Positions 13,494 to 27,851 are shown, numbered from the stretch's first letter. The stretch is DNA of 64,000 nt from Paramecium tetraurelia (GCA_000165425.1 CT868596.1:62001-126000); one strand, 5' to 3'. Notes: generated from the letters alone by a model not told the origin. Numbers and translations are program-made.

Positions 13494-14616
13494 ATGCAAT
13501 CAGATCCATACAATTGGCCTTTTCCAAACCGAAATGATCTAATGAATCTATCTACCATAAGTATGAGTAATCAAATAAATGAGAAAATTAAAGGAGAGAG
13601 ATTATTCATGATAATAGAGCATAATCAACTATGTCCATAGAAGGCATCGATGGCGCTGCTCCTAAATTAAAGCCTTATCAATATGTAAATAAGGAACAAT
13701 TTTGCAATCGAGACGATGATATTCCAGGAACCAAATCTCGACCTTTAATTAGATATACAAACAGATCAGATAATCAATTAATGATTGATGATATCAAGGG
13801 GACACGTCCACAAATCTGTAAATTTTAGACTAATCGATCACCAATCAATCCCCTTGAACCAACTTACAAAATCCCATCTTTTGAATAGGCAGAACACTAT
13901 CAACCTAAATTTCTCAGGGATAGCTATAATATCACTGATATTGAAGGAGCTTAACCTTCTATAATTAATCCAAGATTGAAAAAATAACCTATTCCTTTAC
14001 CTGATATTGAAGGGTCGCATTCAAAATAATTACATGTGCAAAAAGGTATTAGTCTCTCCTTAATTGCATAACTAGATGGAATCAATTAGTTCGACGTCAA
14101 GGACATCAACACTGACATGCTACATAAATACGTAAGAAATACAAATCCAATTGAACCAGTATATTCTCACAGAGATGAAGATGGGTATTAAGAAGTCTTA
14201 ATTTAGAAAGAAAATCGAAATCGGATTTGTTGAAGGTAGTAAAACTAAGTAATTGCATCCAATTACTATTAATAAATGTGCATCTTCTACTTTAACCACC
14301 TAAGACATCGTTGGTGCATAGGCAGGATCTCATACTTAACATTTCCTGAGATCCAGTGATAGAAAAGATTACAGACAAATTAATAATATATAAGACATTG
14401 AGGGTGTATAAGCAGGATCACTCAAAAAAGGAATTGTAAGTAAAAGATATACAAATCCTTTGATGCCAGCTTATTAAATGCCTGGAAATGCTGAATTAAA
14501 GTAAAATTATCAGTAATTTCAGTTCCACTTAACCAAAAAGTGTGTTCTAAAAGAATGCCAGTAACTAAATGTTTACCAATGCTTAAAAAATGGATAAATT
14601 TCTAGCACAAGGATGA
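13494..14616 (+). CDS. Repeat protein with DIxGxxP and NPLxPxY motifs (putative ciliary/cortical microtubule-binding protein)
   Basis: Repeats DIPGTKS, DIKGTRP, DIEGAQP, DIEGSHS, DIVGAQA, DIEGVQA and NPLEPTY, NPIEPVY, NPLMPAY. 3 introns. Confidence 0.8.
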
Positions 14617-14717
14617 AAGATAGATCTAGATTTTATTAAAAAATATATTGTTTTAATAATTGTTTTAAAAAGTTTTGTTTATAATAATTGTTAATCTAGT
14701 ATATATATAATATTGAT

Positions 14718-17268
14718 TCAAATGTTTTCTTTGAAAAGTCTGCCTATAGAAGTTTAACTCGCTTTAACATCAATATTCTCCTTGTACAGTGATGATTTTC
14801 TGACTTCAAAGTAAGTAGATTCCTATATAAATTTTAATAATATTACCTTAATATTCTTAATCTCTGATCCTCTCTTATTGAATGCTTCAAATTCTGCTTA
14901 AACCATCATTAACTCCTCTTAAACCTTGTGATAATCTCTATTCAAAATAATGAACTTTTCTTTCCACATTTCCACTTCATTTTAAAGATAATTAATCTTC
15001 TCCTCTAAACTTATTTATTGACTTTAATTAGCCTATTCTGTAAATTATAATTATCTGTCTAATTCTACTAATTACATTTACTTAACTTTAATGTCTTCTA
15101 ATAAAGTTTTAAGTTTAAATTTAAGCGTATTCTCATCTTCACTTTTATTATTTAACTCTTGTTATAGAATTTTTTATTATTGATTAATCTATTCATTTAG
15201 TTATCTCAATTATGATTCTAATTCTTATAAGTGGGATATTTAAACTTATGAAAACTAGTTTTTCTTCTTCAATTCATCATTTAGCTCTGCTTGTTATTTT
15301 AGATCTGATTGCAGTGTTTCACATTGAATGCTTAATTCTTATATTTTGATTTCCTATTATTCAATTTATTTGTCCTAAACGTCTTGTAATAGTTAATTGT
15401 TTTCAATTATTTATGTTTATTCTTGATTCAGTTTTTAGAATTCATCCGATTATTATGACAACTTCTCTTTTAAATTGTTATTTTCACGTTAAAGCCTTTA
15501 GACTTCCAAACTTTGAAGCACTAATTACTCTTGCAATTCTTAATTACCATCTACAAACTTTTCTTCTCTTTTAGATTTTTACAAACATTACTATAATGAA
15601 TTTATTTCTTATTTTAGCTAGAATTCACCATTCTCTGCAACTTCTTTTTCCCTTGAAATGTCTGAAATCTATTCTTATAATATCTACACTTGACCTTATA
15701 ACCTTTGAGTTTCTATTTAAAATTAAGACTTTTAATCATCAATTTATTATTTGTATCCTTCTATTTCATTACTTAAGATATATTTTGATTTATCTAATTT
15801 TTCAATGTTAACAGTCAATTATTATATGGTTGTTAATAGTTGATTATTATTTTCTAGTTCGTTATTTAAATCTTCTTGAATAGACTTTTCTTTTACAAGC
15901 CTTAACTACAATTCATGTTTTAACTCTTCATTGATAATCAAGTAATTATATAATTCTTAATTATTATTTTAAGCTATTTAGGCAAATTATTATGCCACTT
16001 CATATTGAAGTAATTCTAACTTTTCCTCTTTTTCTCTCATTTAAGAAGTGAGATTAGCAACTTATTCATTTAAAGACAATATTAAACTATCTTTCTCTTC
16101 AACTTCTTATTTGGTTTGATATAGTTCTTACTATAAATTTTACAGGTGTTCTTAATTTCTTTATTCATTTTCATCTGCTTAACTTTGAAATTAGAATTCT
16201 AATTGTGTCGTCTGATTCTCTGCAGAATTTAAGAGATTAGACTTTGCTTGATCATCGAAAATTACTTATTGATTTAAATGATTACTTTTTTCTAATAGAT
16301 CCTATAATTGTAATTTTAAATCTTCAACTTACTTATTTAAACCCTAATTTTAACTTTCGAGTTCTCCTAATTATTAAATTCTCTAAGCATCAAGTTGCTA
16401 ATTCTATTGTAATTTTTATTCTAAAAGATCTAGGTTCTCTCTATAATTAGAGATTAAGGAATCTTTTTATAACAATAAAAGTTGATTTTATATATCCTTC
16501 TATGCTAGCTCTTATTTGAATTAGTGAATAACATTATTTGATGAGCCAAATTCTTATTCATATTATTTAATCTAATCTAATAACATAGAAATCTGAGAAT
16601 TTCTCTCTTCAATTACATTTTCTCCAACTTGCAACTACTTCTCATAATCCTTTATTCTGTATTCTTAAGATTGTAATTATTCATCTTTATCTTGAATTAC
16701 GAATTATTATCTTTCTATCTCCTATTACAGGGCTTTATAATCTGCTTCTAGATTTTGTTACACAGTCGTGAGAGCCTTAATTTAATCTTCTTGATTTCGA
16801 CATTTAGAATCGAGATTATAAATTTCAGAAATCAGATGTTGAACTTCATCTTGATGATTCCTTTGAGTTTCTTCTAGCAACTTTCTCATACTCTCTATTT
16901 CGATAGCTGTACTCATCCAAGTTTGTTATTCGCCATCATACTTATCAATTTGGTGTTCTAACTCATATATACGTTAATTTAACTTATTATTATCTTATAT
17001 TAATTGTTCTATGAGATTTTCCTGATTTAATTTTAATTTAATTTACATGTCCTTAACACTTTTTATCTGAACAGAGAACAACAGTTCTGGTTTCAATGGC
17101 CGGTTTTTACGTTAAAGTAGTAATTGTAGCCTTTGGTCTAGTCTAGCAGGTGGTGAGTTTGGCCAGTCTACTACATGAATCTTAGCGTGTATCTCTGAGA
17201 GGCGAACTAATTAGGCGAGTTGTGGCGATAGTTTGGGTTTGTAGGATCTTCGGAGATTGCGGTCTCAT
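14718..17268 (-). CDS. Long coiled-coil protein of unknown function
   Basis: ATG 17268 MRPQSPKILQTQTIATTRLISSPLR..., Q/E/K/L-rich heptads, ends ...SIGRLFKENI*. Introns near both ends. Confidence 0.85.
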
Positions 17269-17317
17269 TAACCTTATTATTATTCGTTAAAATTATTAAT
17301 AATTTTAATACAGTTAA

Positions 17318-18817
17318 ATGAGTCAAGCTCAAATAATTCATTAAGTGTAGCAAGTATTCAATAAGCTCTCCTAAAACCATTCACAACCTATGAGCAAAGA
17401 AACAATAATTAGATTTTTGGATTAGCAATCTAATAAAATGTATGACAGAGTTTTGTTTGAATAACTCTACACAAGGATGTAGAAGACTGGCGATGGCTAA
17501 GTGACAATCAATGATTTCATTTCAATTTTAATGGAAGCATTATAATCATTAAAAAATAAAATATCCATTTTGGAATAGCAAGTTGCACAAAAACAACTGA
17601 AAGTAGACGATGATCAATTGCATTTACAGTAATTATAAACTATTGAAGAATATAACTCTCATAAAATATGCTAGGGCAGCAAAATAAGAATTACAATTAT
17701 AGATGCAAAAATTTAATTTCCTGGAAATACAAGAGTTGCTATTATTTTGGGTTCTAATGACACTAAATACTCCACCAGGCCAGCAAATAGACAAAATGCT
17801 GTTTGGAATGAAAAATTTGAATTTAATATTATTACTGGATAAGAGGAAATCTATATTGTTATATTGGATGAAGAATTAATAGAGAAGTAAGAAATTGGTG
17901 GATAGGCAAAACTCAATTTAAAGGACTTTTATGATTAAAAGCCTCATGATATTTCATTGGAATTGAAAGACAAATACGGCGTTGTTCTTTATTCCACCAT
18001 CAATCTTAGAGTTCAATGGATACACTCATAAGTATTTTAACCCTTTATTTTAGACTAAATATTTTAAAGAGTCTATCAAAGAAAATCAATAAGTAATTGA
18101 TGATTTAAGTCAAGACATTAATGAATATAAAAGTGATATTCTCCAACTCTTCTATCCTTTCGATGAAAAACACCAAAACCAAACAAATGAAAGATATATT
18201 GTAACTGAACAATCAACAATCCAATAAGTCCATGATTTTCAATTTTATGACACTTCCCAAGCATAACTATGGGTTAAACTAGCATTAGCTTTCACTTTGG
18301 TTTATTTCATATTAATCTTAATTGCTAGTCTATTTAAAACTCAGTTTGTAGATGTAAAATACCTCTTTAATAATAGTTAACAGTATTATTTTATAGCTTA
18401 TACTACTATATGAATAATAATAAGTTATTATCACTGTTGCACTTTAAAATAATTACAACTATGATTGTTGTAACCATTATTTTCGATGTTGTTTGGTTTG
18501 TTATTTTTACTAATCCCTGGACAACTAACAGTGTACTCTTCTTTTAATTGGAACACAGTTTCTAAATGTATGAAGTAATCATATCATACATAATACTTGG
18601 TATAAAAGTAATATAACATTTATTTTATATTTAGGTGATTCTAATATGCATTTATGTTAATTTATACCTCATGTGTCCAGATAAAAGAGCCAATATTTAT
18701 GATGCTCAATATGAAATTATATTTGGACAAAGAAGCGTAGAAAATGATAATCAAGATGCGTATAGCTTCAGAAATACAAATCATCATCTGTAATAATCAT
18801 TTTCTAAAAATTTCTGA
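17318..18817 (+). CDS. EF-hand-like, coiled-coil and C2-domain protein with a C-terminal multi-TM region
   Basis: QKTGDGQVTINDF loop; C2 signature AVWNEKFEFNI..EEIYIVILDE..IGGQAKLNL; ~4 hydrophobic C-terminal segments. 3 introns. Confidence 0.85.
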
Positions 18818-19037
18818 TATTTTTGAATAAAACTTAAATTTTAAGTTATATTAATTAATAAATATATTTAAATCTTATGCGCAAAAAGGGGATTAATACA
18901 CAACTTAAAAATATCAACAAAAATAAATCGATAATCACTTCTCTCAACTACACAATTAATCCAATCTTTTTTAAACAGACTTAATAATCTTTGTTTATAA
19001 AAGGTGTATTTTTTTTTCCAAAATATTAACTTAAAAC

Positions 19038-19387
19038 ATGAGATACCGCTAACTTTACAACCATTGCTACTTTTAAAGATGCTTCAAATTCCAGATAAGG
19101 TTATAGTGAATATGTTTAGGATATTGTCTTTCATCAAATTATTGGATATTCTTACATAATATTTATAATGCAGTTATCAGGAAAAGCAATAATAGTAACA
19201 AAACTTCAAAATTTTGCTGAAATTATTCTAGGATCCAAATTTTGATGAAGCTAAGCATTATGCCTTGTTCATTTAATTCTTTTGGAGCATTGTACCTCTA
19301 AATGTCACTAATGTTCTTCTTTAGTGGCTGAATAGAAGGATTCTTAGCATAACTTAGAAAATCAATAGAATGGAAGTCAAATTTTGA
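19038..19387 (+). CDS. Hypothetical short protein or 5'-damaged gene remnant
   Basis: With a 20-nt intron (19100-19119): MRYRQLYNHCYFQRCFKFQIRILSFIKLLDILTQYL...NRMEVKF*. The frame stays open upstream without an ATG. Confidence 0.4.
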
Positions 19388-19986
19388 AACCTTTTATTTA
19401 TTATCACTTATAATTTTGTTATATGAATAGATATAATCAAGCATAACCTGGTTTTATATAATTTTAAATTATTATAAAAAAATGATAACATGAATTTAAA
19501 CGAATTACATTAAAGCAAATTTAATCTTACTTCCATTTCAGCCAAAATTCATCGATTTGAACCATTCAGTCTTATAATATGAAAATGTTATAAGTTTGTT
19601 AAATAAAAAAGAAAATTACCTAATCAATTTATAGTTTAAATAACCTTTGGAGGAAATAGTTTAATATGGGGTAGGTTAAATACCTTTAATATAGATTACA
19701 AGGTTAGACAAATTCTTTTTTTACGTTCTTATTGATTAAAAAGTATGACAAAGCTTACAAAATATAATGAAATAAGAAAAAATATTCAATTTTATTTAAA
19801 AATTTGTTTAAATTTTGATAAGAACCTGCATGGGTTATCAATTTCTTTAGTATATGTATGCATTATTCCAGGTCTAAGGAGCTATAATGAGTATTTAGAT
19901 GCACAAATACCTGTTAGAAATAATTGATTAAGAAATAATTGAGATTTGTTAAATATTTAAAAAAATAGATATTTATATTTGATTGC

Positions 19987-20813
19987 ATGAGCAGAAAAGA
20001 ATAAGACATTAAGAGATTGATTGCTTCATAAGTAAAAATGTTATGTATATGACTTCTTCTAGTGCCACATTGGAACAAAGCAACTCCATTTTGATTAGAA
20101 GAGATATGTATCACACAGAAGCGATAATGGTGCATACATTCTCAATTTAGAGGAAACCTGGTAGCACATCAAATTGGCTGCCAGAGTTATTGCTGCAGTT
20201 GAATAACCTCAAGATGTCATGGTATTATAAATGATGAGTAATTCAGGTTGTTTCATCAAGACCAATTGGACAAAGAGCAGTCATTAAATTCGCTCACTAT
20301 ACTCATGCTAGCTCAACTAGATCAGCAAGATGGACACCAGGTACATTGACAAATCAATCCAACAGTGCCAGTGGAAAATTCCAAGAACCATAATTATTGA
20401 TTGTCACAGATCCACATTTGGTATATATATAAATTAACATTTCCCTAGGATAAATAAGCCATCGTTGAAGCATCTTACGTCAACATTCCAGTTATTGCTT
20501 TATGCAATTCAGACAACCCCTTATAATATGTTGATATCCCAATTCCAGTTGGAAACAGAGAAACAAAGTCAATTTCTATGATCTATTGGTTGTTGGCCAG
20601 AGAAGTCAAGATCTTGAGAGGAGAATTGAGACAAGGTAATTCAATTAAGCCATAATTATAGATGAAGAATGGGATGTCTTGGTTGATTTGTTCTACCACA
20701 AGGAAATTACCAATGATTAATTGGGTGTTGCAGATAACTAAGTCAAATAAGAAGGTGATGGTGAAGAATAAGAACACTAAGGTGAAGCAGAGAAAGCTGA
20801 TAAAGATTGGTGA
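19987..20813 (+). CDS. RPSA: 40S ribosomal protein SA (uS2)
   Basis: [66 protein letters not shown]. 4 introns. Confidence 0.97.
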
Positions 20814-20895
20814 TAAAATATATTATAATTATGTAAAGTACATGTATGTCAATTAGTTTATTTTTATATATAAATTTATATTTAATAATTTATTA

Positions 20896-21387
20896 ATGAG
20901 TAATGCATTTAAGTCTGCTGCAGGTAACACATTGTCCAAGAATGACTTGGGCCAAACTGGATAGAGTTTTGCAGGATCTCAAAACCCCGCATCTCTAAAG
21001 GGCAAACTTATGAGTTTAGAGGTAGATTGATTTATCTAATTGTAGGAAACAATCAAGGGAATTTAAGATGAAATGAACTTCCACAAGAAGGAGGTCCAAA
21101 TTCTCAAATCAGAAAAGGACACTCTAGAATCTGTTTTGAGTATGAAGACTCAAGATGTCAAAAAAACACTTACAAATGAACTCATGAGAATAGAAGAGGA
21201 AATGAAGAGGTATTCTGTGTCATTTCTACTTATTAGACATTTTGCTCATTAAAAGGCTGAGAATTCAAGATTACAATAACAAATCACTGCTTTGAAGGGC
21301 GAAAAGACTGCACTTTAATAATAACTACTGGGTCTCTAAAGAAGAATTGCTGAATTAGAACTATAAGTAGGTTAAGAGCAAGGTTGA
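20896..21387 (+). CDS. Small coiled-coil protein (~146 aa)
   Basis: Two introns; ends HFAHQKAENSRLQQQITALKGEKTALQQQLLGLQRRIAELELQVGQEQG*. Confidence 0.85.
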
Positions 21388-21449
21388 GATATTATGAAAT
21401 ATTTACATTATGATATAAACAACCTTTGTTAAAATAAATTCAATAGCCT

Positions 21450-22618
<1,169 letters not shown>

Positions 22619-22832
22619 TAATAAATATATTTATAAATAAATTTCTAAGTTTAATTTATTTTCTATTAGTTTGATATTCTACATATTTCTTACTAATAAT
22701 ATGACATATTTTCTAGTTTATTTATGCATTAATATAAATTTAAGATATTTACGACTATTATTATTTCTTTGTTTATTCACTTATCAAAATAATAATTTTT
22801 TATTTTTATATTAATTCCTTTCAAAATTACAA

Positions 22833-24285
22833 ATGAACCAAGATCCTAATGAAAAGGATATGATAGGAGATCTTTTAGATGGTATCTAAATTTTCTCCAA
22901 ATTTTAGATAGTTTTGAAAATGTCGCCAAAATCAAAAAATCATATACATCAAATAGACCCCCTGTTCTATAAATTAATTAGAATCATAATTCATCTCCAA
23001 TATATTACCCAAAAGTATATTCTCCTCAAGTGCAGCAAAAACAAAAGTTTTTTATCTTCATTAATTAAGTTCTTACGATTTAGATTTAAGACTCACCAAA
23101 GTCCCTGTCTAATAGAGTGCTCCAAATTCAGCATTAAAACCAAAATCCTATGATTATGCAACGCAATTTAATCCGGATGATGAAACTCCCTTGGACGGAG
23201 ATTTAGTATCTAATTACGCTTCTATTTAAGATATCTAAATGCAAAGATTAGAACGGGGCTAGAAACATTCAAAAAGCCTTTCAAGAAGGATCTTAGGCTA
23301 TCAGAGAATAAATTTTTAACAAACTAGAAAAGGGGCTGTTGTCTCTCTCAAAAGATGTCTTTGGAAATTATGTCATCCAAAATCTGCTTGAATTTGGTAA
23401 TATTTTTAATAATAAGAGGAACTTCTATTCAATAATAAAAAATACTAGCCATTTTATAACCTCACTCCTCACAATTAGCATTTCATCAATATGGCTGTAG
23501 AGTTCTATAAAAGTTATTATAAAATGCCCATAATACAGCAGATTTTCCAATCTTATTCGACACGTTTAAAAATAAAGTGAGAGAGTTAGTAATTGATTAA
23601 CATGGAAATCATGTAGTTTAGAAATTAATCTAATTGATGGAAAATGATATAAGTTTATGGGTCTTAGATGGGATTGAAGGATAAGTCAACAAACTTGTGA
23701 TTAATTCATTTGGTTGTAGAATAATTTAAAAAGCTGTCTCTATTTCTGCTAATCATCCTGATAGATAAATGAAAATTTTATTTGAAATTATGAGGTTAGC
23801 TTATGAACTCTGTATTTCCCAATATGGAAATTATATCATTCAATAGCTATTGAAGGAAGGGCCTCTTGTAATCAAAAACATAATTTAATAAATAATAATG
23901 GAAAAATTAGAGGAATATAGTTTAAATAAGTTTGGAAGGTATGTAAATAGTGTAATTTAGTAATGTCGTTGATTGTGCAATCAAATGCTCTGATAATTAG
24001 TTCAAACTAAAAATTATGGAATTGTTACTGAGTCAAAATAATTCGTAAGTGCTCTTTGTAAGATTGTCTACGAACGCATATGGCAATTATGTAGTTTAAA
24101 ATTTTTTTAAATGCGCAGATTCAGAAATACAAAAAGAACTGTATTTAAAAATTACTAATAATTAATAACTTCTGTAAGAAATACAATAATATAAATTTGG
24201 TAACTTATAATTTAATATCTTTCAAGGTCAGTTTGTTTACTAAATGTTGACTTAGAAATTAGAATTGGAATCCTTCAATTTATGA
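22833..24285 (+). CDS. Pumilio/Puf RNA-binding protein (8 repeats)
   Basis: Repeats DQNGARNIQ, DVFGNYVIQ, HQYGCRVLQ, DQHGNHVVQ, NSFGCRIIQ, SQYGNYIIQ, NKFGSNVVD, NAYGNYVVQ. 5 introns. Confidence 0.95.
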
Positions 24286-24363
24286 TCTTTTTTTATGATT
24301 TGTTTATATATGTAATTTGTAATATTTTTAGAACACTACCAAAAATATAATTTATAATTAAAT

Positions 24364-25190
24364 ATGTAAAAAACTCAGCCAGTTAGCAGGGATTCTTAAA
24401 TCTTTGAAACCTTAAATTATAAAGATGGTACAAGATATACTATTTCTAGATTCGATTCAAGTGCAAGATCTCGACTTTTTTGGACCTTGGCATAAATAAA
24501 ACAATTCAATTTAATAGCAAATCGCATAGATTAGAAAAACCTATACTTCCTCAACTAATCATGTGCAGAATGATATAATGGAACGGCGAGAGACCTAAAC
24601 TTCACAAGTTAGGATGATTAATACCTCATTCCCTAATAAAAGGAGAAAAACCAGAAAAATATCAATTGATCAATCTAGTTAATTTGTAGAAAAACCTAAA
24701 TATAATGAATCTCGTTAGGTCTAAAGAATCATTTAAGAGTTCTTTACCGATGAAATTAAGGAGAAGAAAAAAAAGTAAAGAAACTATGGTTTCTTTATGC
24801 CTCAATCTTCAAAATCTAGTAGTAATACAAAATGCAATGGTTCGTCTTTTTAAACAACTTAAGCATATTTTGATGTAATTTATTTCTTTAAACTAAGAGA
24901 AAATTGCTCTAAAAATGTTGAAATTGATGCCCAACCTATAGAAATCCCCATCGAAATCGATTAAACCTTTAAAAAATGTAAATATCAAATAAAAACTCAT
25001 TCTTGATATGCCGATAAATACAAAAAGCTATTTTCCTCCTTAATTATTAATTAACACTACAAAAATTACAGAAGTCACTCCTTAAAATTTGAATTCTTCT
25101 GATAATAAACCTCAGATCAAAACTCTAAACTTTCTTGCCAAAACAGGTAAGGGTCCTATCTGGAAAGTAAATAATTATACTAGTTTATGA
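24364..25190 (+). CDS. Hypothetical basic low-complexity protein
   Basis: MQKTQPVSRDSQIFETLNYKDDSIQVQDLDFFGPW...GKGPIWKVNNYTSL* after removing two introns (~24428, ~24875). Confidence 0.65.
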
Positions 25191-25279
25191 TTTAGCAATA
25201 TGATGAACAAAAACATATCAAATTTTATTTTATTATTAACTTAAATTAAAAAATATTATGTGTATTTATTTATTTAAAC

Positions 25280-26169
25280 TCAAAAAGATCTGAAATTTTT
25301 ATCTATTTTGATACATGCATCCTCCAACAATTTCAACAAGGCTTCAGTTGTAGCTTCTCGTTCTCTTCTTTCAACGTTGATATCTTGTTACAATTTTCCA
25401 TGAACGTCCTCTATCATTCTAAAGATTTTTCCTTGAGTTTCTTCTCTTACCTTCTTTTCAATGAGAAGCTAATCTGAAAATTTATTAATTTCAGAATCGA
25501 TTTATTCAGATAAAGATTCGGATGATTCTTCCCTACAAAATAATCATTAGATTTACCTTGATCTCCTCTCTTAATCTAATTGATTCTTCACTAATTACAC
25601 TTATTGCAAGACTTCAGCAATTTTAACTTAGCTCCTGTCTTCATATTAATGAGTGTTCCTTGTGATTGTGAGTGTGATTTATTGGAATCTTTCATCAATT
25701 TGTTTTTATAGCTTTGTTTCAGCTTGTCCTCTGCTGTTTCTTTCTTGATCAAAAGAGAGAGCTACATTATCAGAAAGGGTTCTGAAGTCTTTTTCTTTTT
25801 TGTCATCGAAGGCCTAAAAGCATAAGTTTAATGAAATACTTCTCTTTCAGCTTTTTGATTATGTGCATAATCTTGAAGTTTTAATACATGATCCTTAAGG
25901 ATTTTAAATCTTTACTCATCCTTAGGTTTTTCAGAAGAGAGAACATCTTCAATAATTTTAATTCTTTCCTCGAGAACTTCTCTCTTCTCTAATTTATCCT
26001 TGTCTATTCCATTTTGGATATGATTCCATTTATCAGATAATAACTTGATTCTTTATCTGGAGGGAGAATCGAGGTCTTATTAAAGATAATTAACAGTGGA
26101 TCTTTAAGGACTCTGTAATTGGGACTTTCCTAGTTTAGAAGTTGACAACTTAGATGTAGATAACAGCAT
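25280..26169 (-). CDS. SF-assemblin/beta-giardin family striated (kinetodesmal) fibre protein
   Basis: Short S/P-rich head, then coiled coil ending EKKVREETQGKIFRMIEDV..VERREREATTEALLKLLEDACIKI. 2 introns. Confidence 0.88.
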
Positions 26170-26240
26170 CCTTCCTTTTTGATTTTTAGAAATAAATTTA
26201 TTTACGATTTAATCAAAAATCTTAAATACCTAGTTAAACT

Positions 26241-26909
26241 ATGCAATAATAAGATAAGAGATTGAGCTAGGCATTTCCTCCAAACTCTTAAAGTAACTCT
26301 AGTTACATTGCTGAGATACACAATGTGTTAGCAACCATTAAGATAGATGATATAGGATTTAAAGATATCAAATTTAGAAATGTTCAAACCAAGAGAGATA
26401 TAGCACAACTTAAATAACTGTAATTAGAATGGTTCCCTATCGATTACAGCGAATAATTTTACACTGCTGTTTTGAATGGAGTTAATTCCTCTCTAATAGC
26501 AGAGATCGAAATAAAATTCCATACAGGCAGAAAGGAAAGATTCATTATTGGTGCTATGATTTTTTAGTAACGTCACAGCAAATCAAAATATTTATAAACC
26601 CAGACATGGAAATAATGGTTTTGCTCATTGTTTTAAACGAAAAATGCGCTTTACATCATGACAATAGGAGTTATCAATGAATTTAGGGGGAGAGGGATTG
26701 CTGACTACATGCTTGACTAGTTAAAGAAGAGAGTTTTAGAGTCCAATAAGACACTTAATTACATCTATCTAGACATGATTGTTTATAATGAGATAGCATC
26801 TAGGTTTTATCAAAAGAATGGGTTCATTTGTGTTAGAGTTAAAAAAAACCACTATGAGATAGAGAATCAATTATTCGATGCTCATGTATATGTCTGGTTA
26901 CCTAATTGA
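26241..26909 (+). CDS. GNAT N-terminal acetyltransferase, Naa60/Naa50-like
   Basis: EWFPIDYSEQFY, LYIMTIGVINEFRGRGIA (acetyl-CoA motif), ASRFYQKNGF, NHYEI..DAH. Intronless. Confidence 0.9.
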
Positions 26910-26961
26910 ATTTATAGATAATTGTTTATAATAAATATTAAAAGAAATTGTAAATTAAACT

Positions 26962-27851
26962 ATGTAATAAGATAAAGAAATTGATTTTATAAGAAGAAAA
27001 TATTGGTGGCATTTATTTGTGTTATTTTTGACATTTTCAATGGTTGCCTTGATTCTTGAATCAGATATCAGATGTATAACAAGTGAATTAGATCTCAATT
27101 AACTGATTTGTACAATACTAGAACTTATTTTTTGCCTTTTAGTCTTTATTTTGACTTGCATGGAATTAAGATACTTTTATAAAGTAAAAAATGACAATTT
27201 TAGTTTTACATACTCATCTATAATATCATAAGGATGTTTGAAGGTTATAATTGTCTGCTTAAGTATAATTTATTTGACCAATCTCATAATTGAACTTATT
27301 TATGACGTTTAATTGACGAGTAATTAAAGACACCGTTGTCATTACTTTGGTTTCACAAATCAAATATTGTAATTTGTCATTTCTGGAATCATTTTGATTT
27401 GTTAACTAGTTATGATGTTTGTTCCATATAAAATCTTAAAAACATTAATCTTGCTATCTAATTAGAAACAATACTTGTTTGAAGATATTCTTATAAGTGA
27501 CTTAGAAGGTGACTTTGAAGAGTATATTATATAAAAATATCAATAGCATAACAGCTAATAATGGCAACTATTGTATTATTAAAACTCAAAAAAAAACCAT
27601 AAAATGTGTACTCCATCCCTTCTTCTCAGCTAAATAAATAAATATGCAAATTATGCACTTCCAAAATCAAAAATAAACAGCTTATTACAAGGCTTTCATG
27701 TTCACATATATTTCATAATTAATGTTTTTAGAAATATGCTCAAAGTACTATGAGTAAAAAATCTTTCGTTTTAACTTGTTCCATATGCGATTAAGGTGTA
27801 AATTATGACAAATAAACATAATTCATAATATATTAAAGGAAATCAAGGTGA
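26962..27851 (+). CDS. Multi-pass membrane RING-H2 protein (putative E3 ubiquitin ligase)
   Basis: Four hydrophobic segments. After introns 27522-27546 and 27608-27629: CKLC...LSCSHIFHNQC...LTCSIC. Confidence 0.8.

Noticed and set aside
17231..17241. gtttgggtttg resembling a Paramecium telomeric repeat
   Set aside because: Single unit inside coding sequence; no array.
27520..27640. Apparent frameshift at an A-run separating the TM and RING parts
   Set aside because: Resolved by two canonical introns (25 and 22 nt); no recoding needed.
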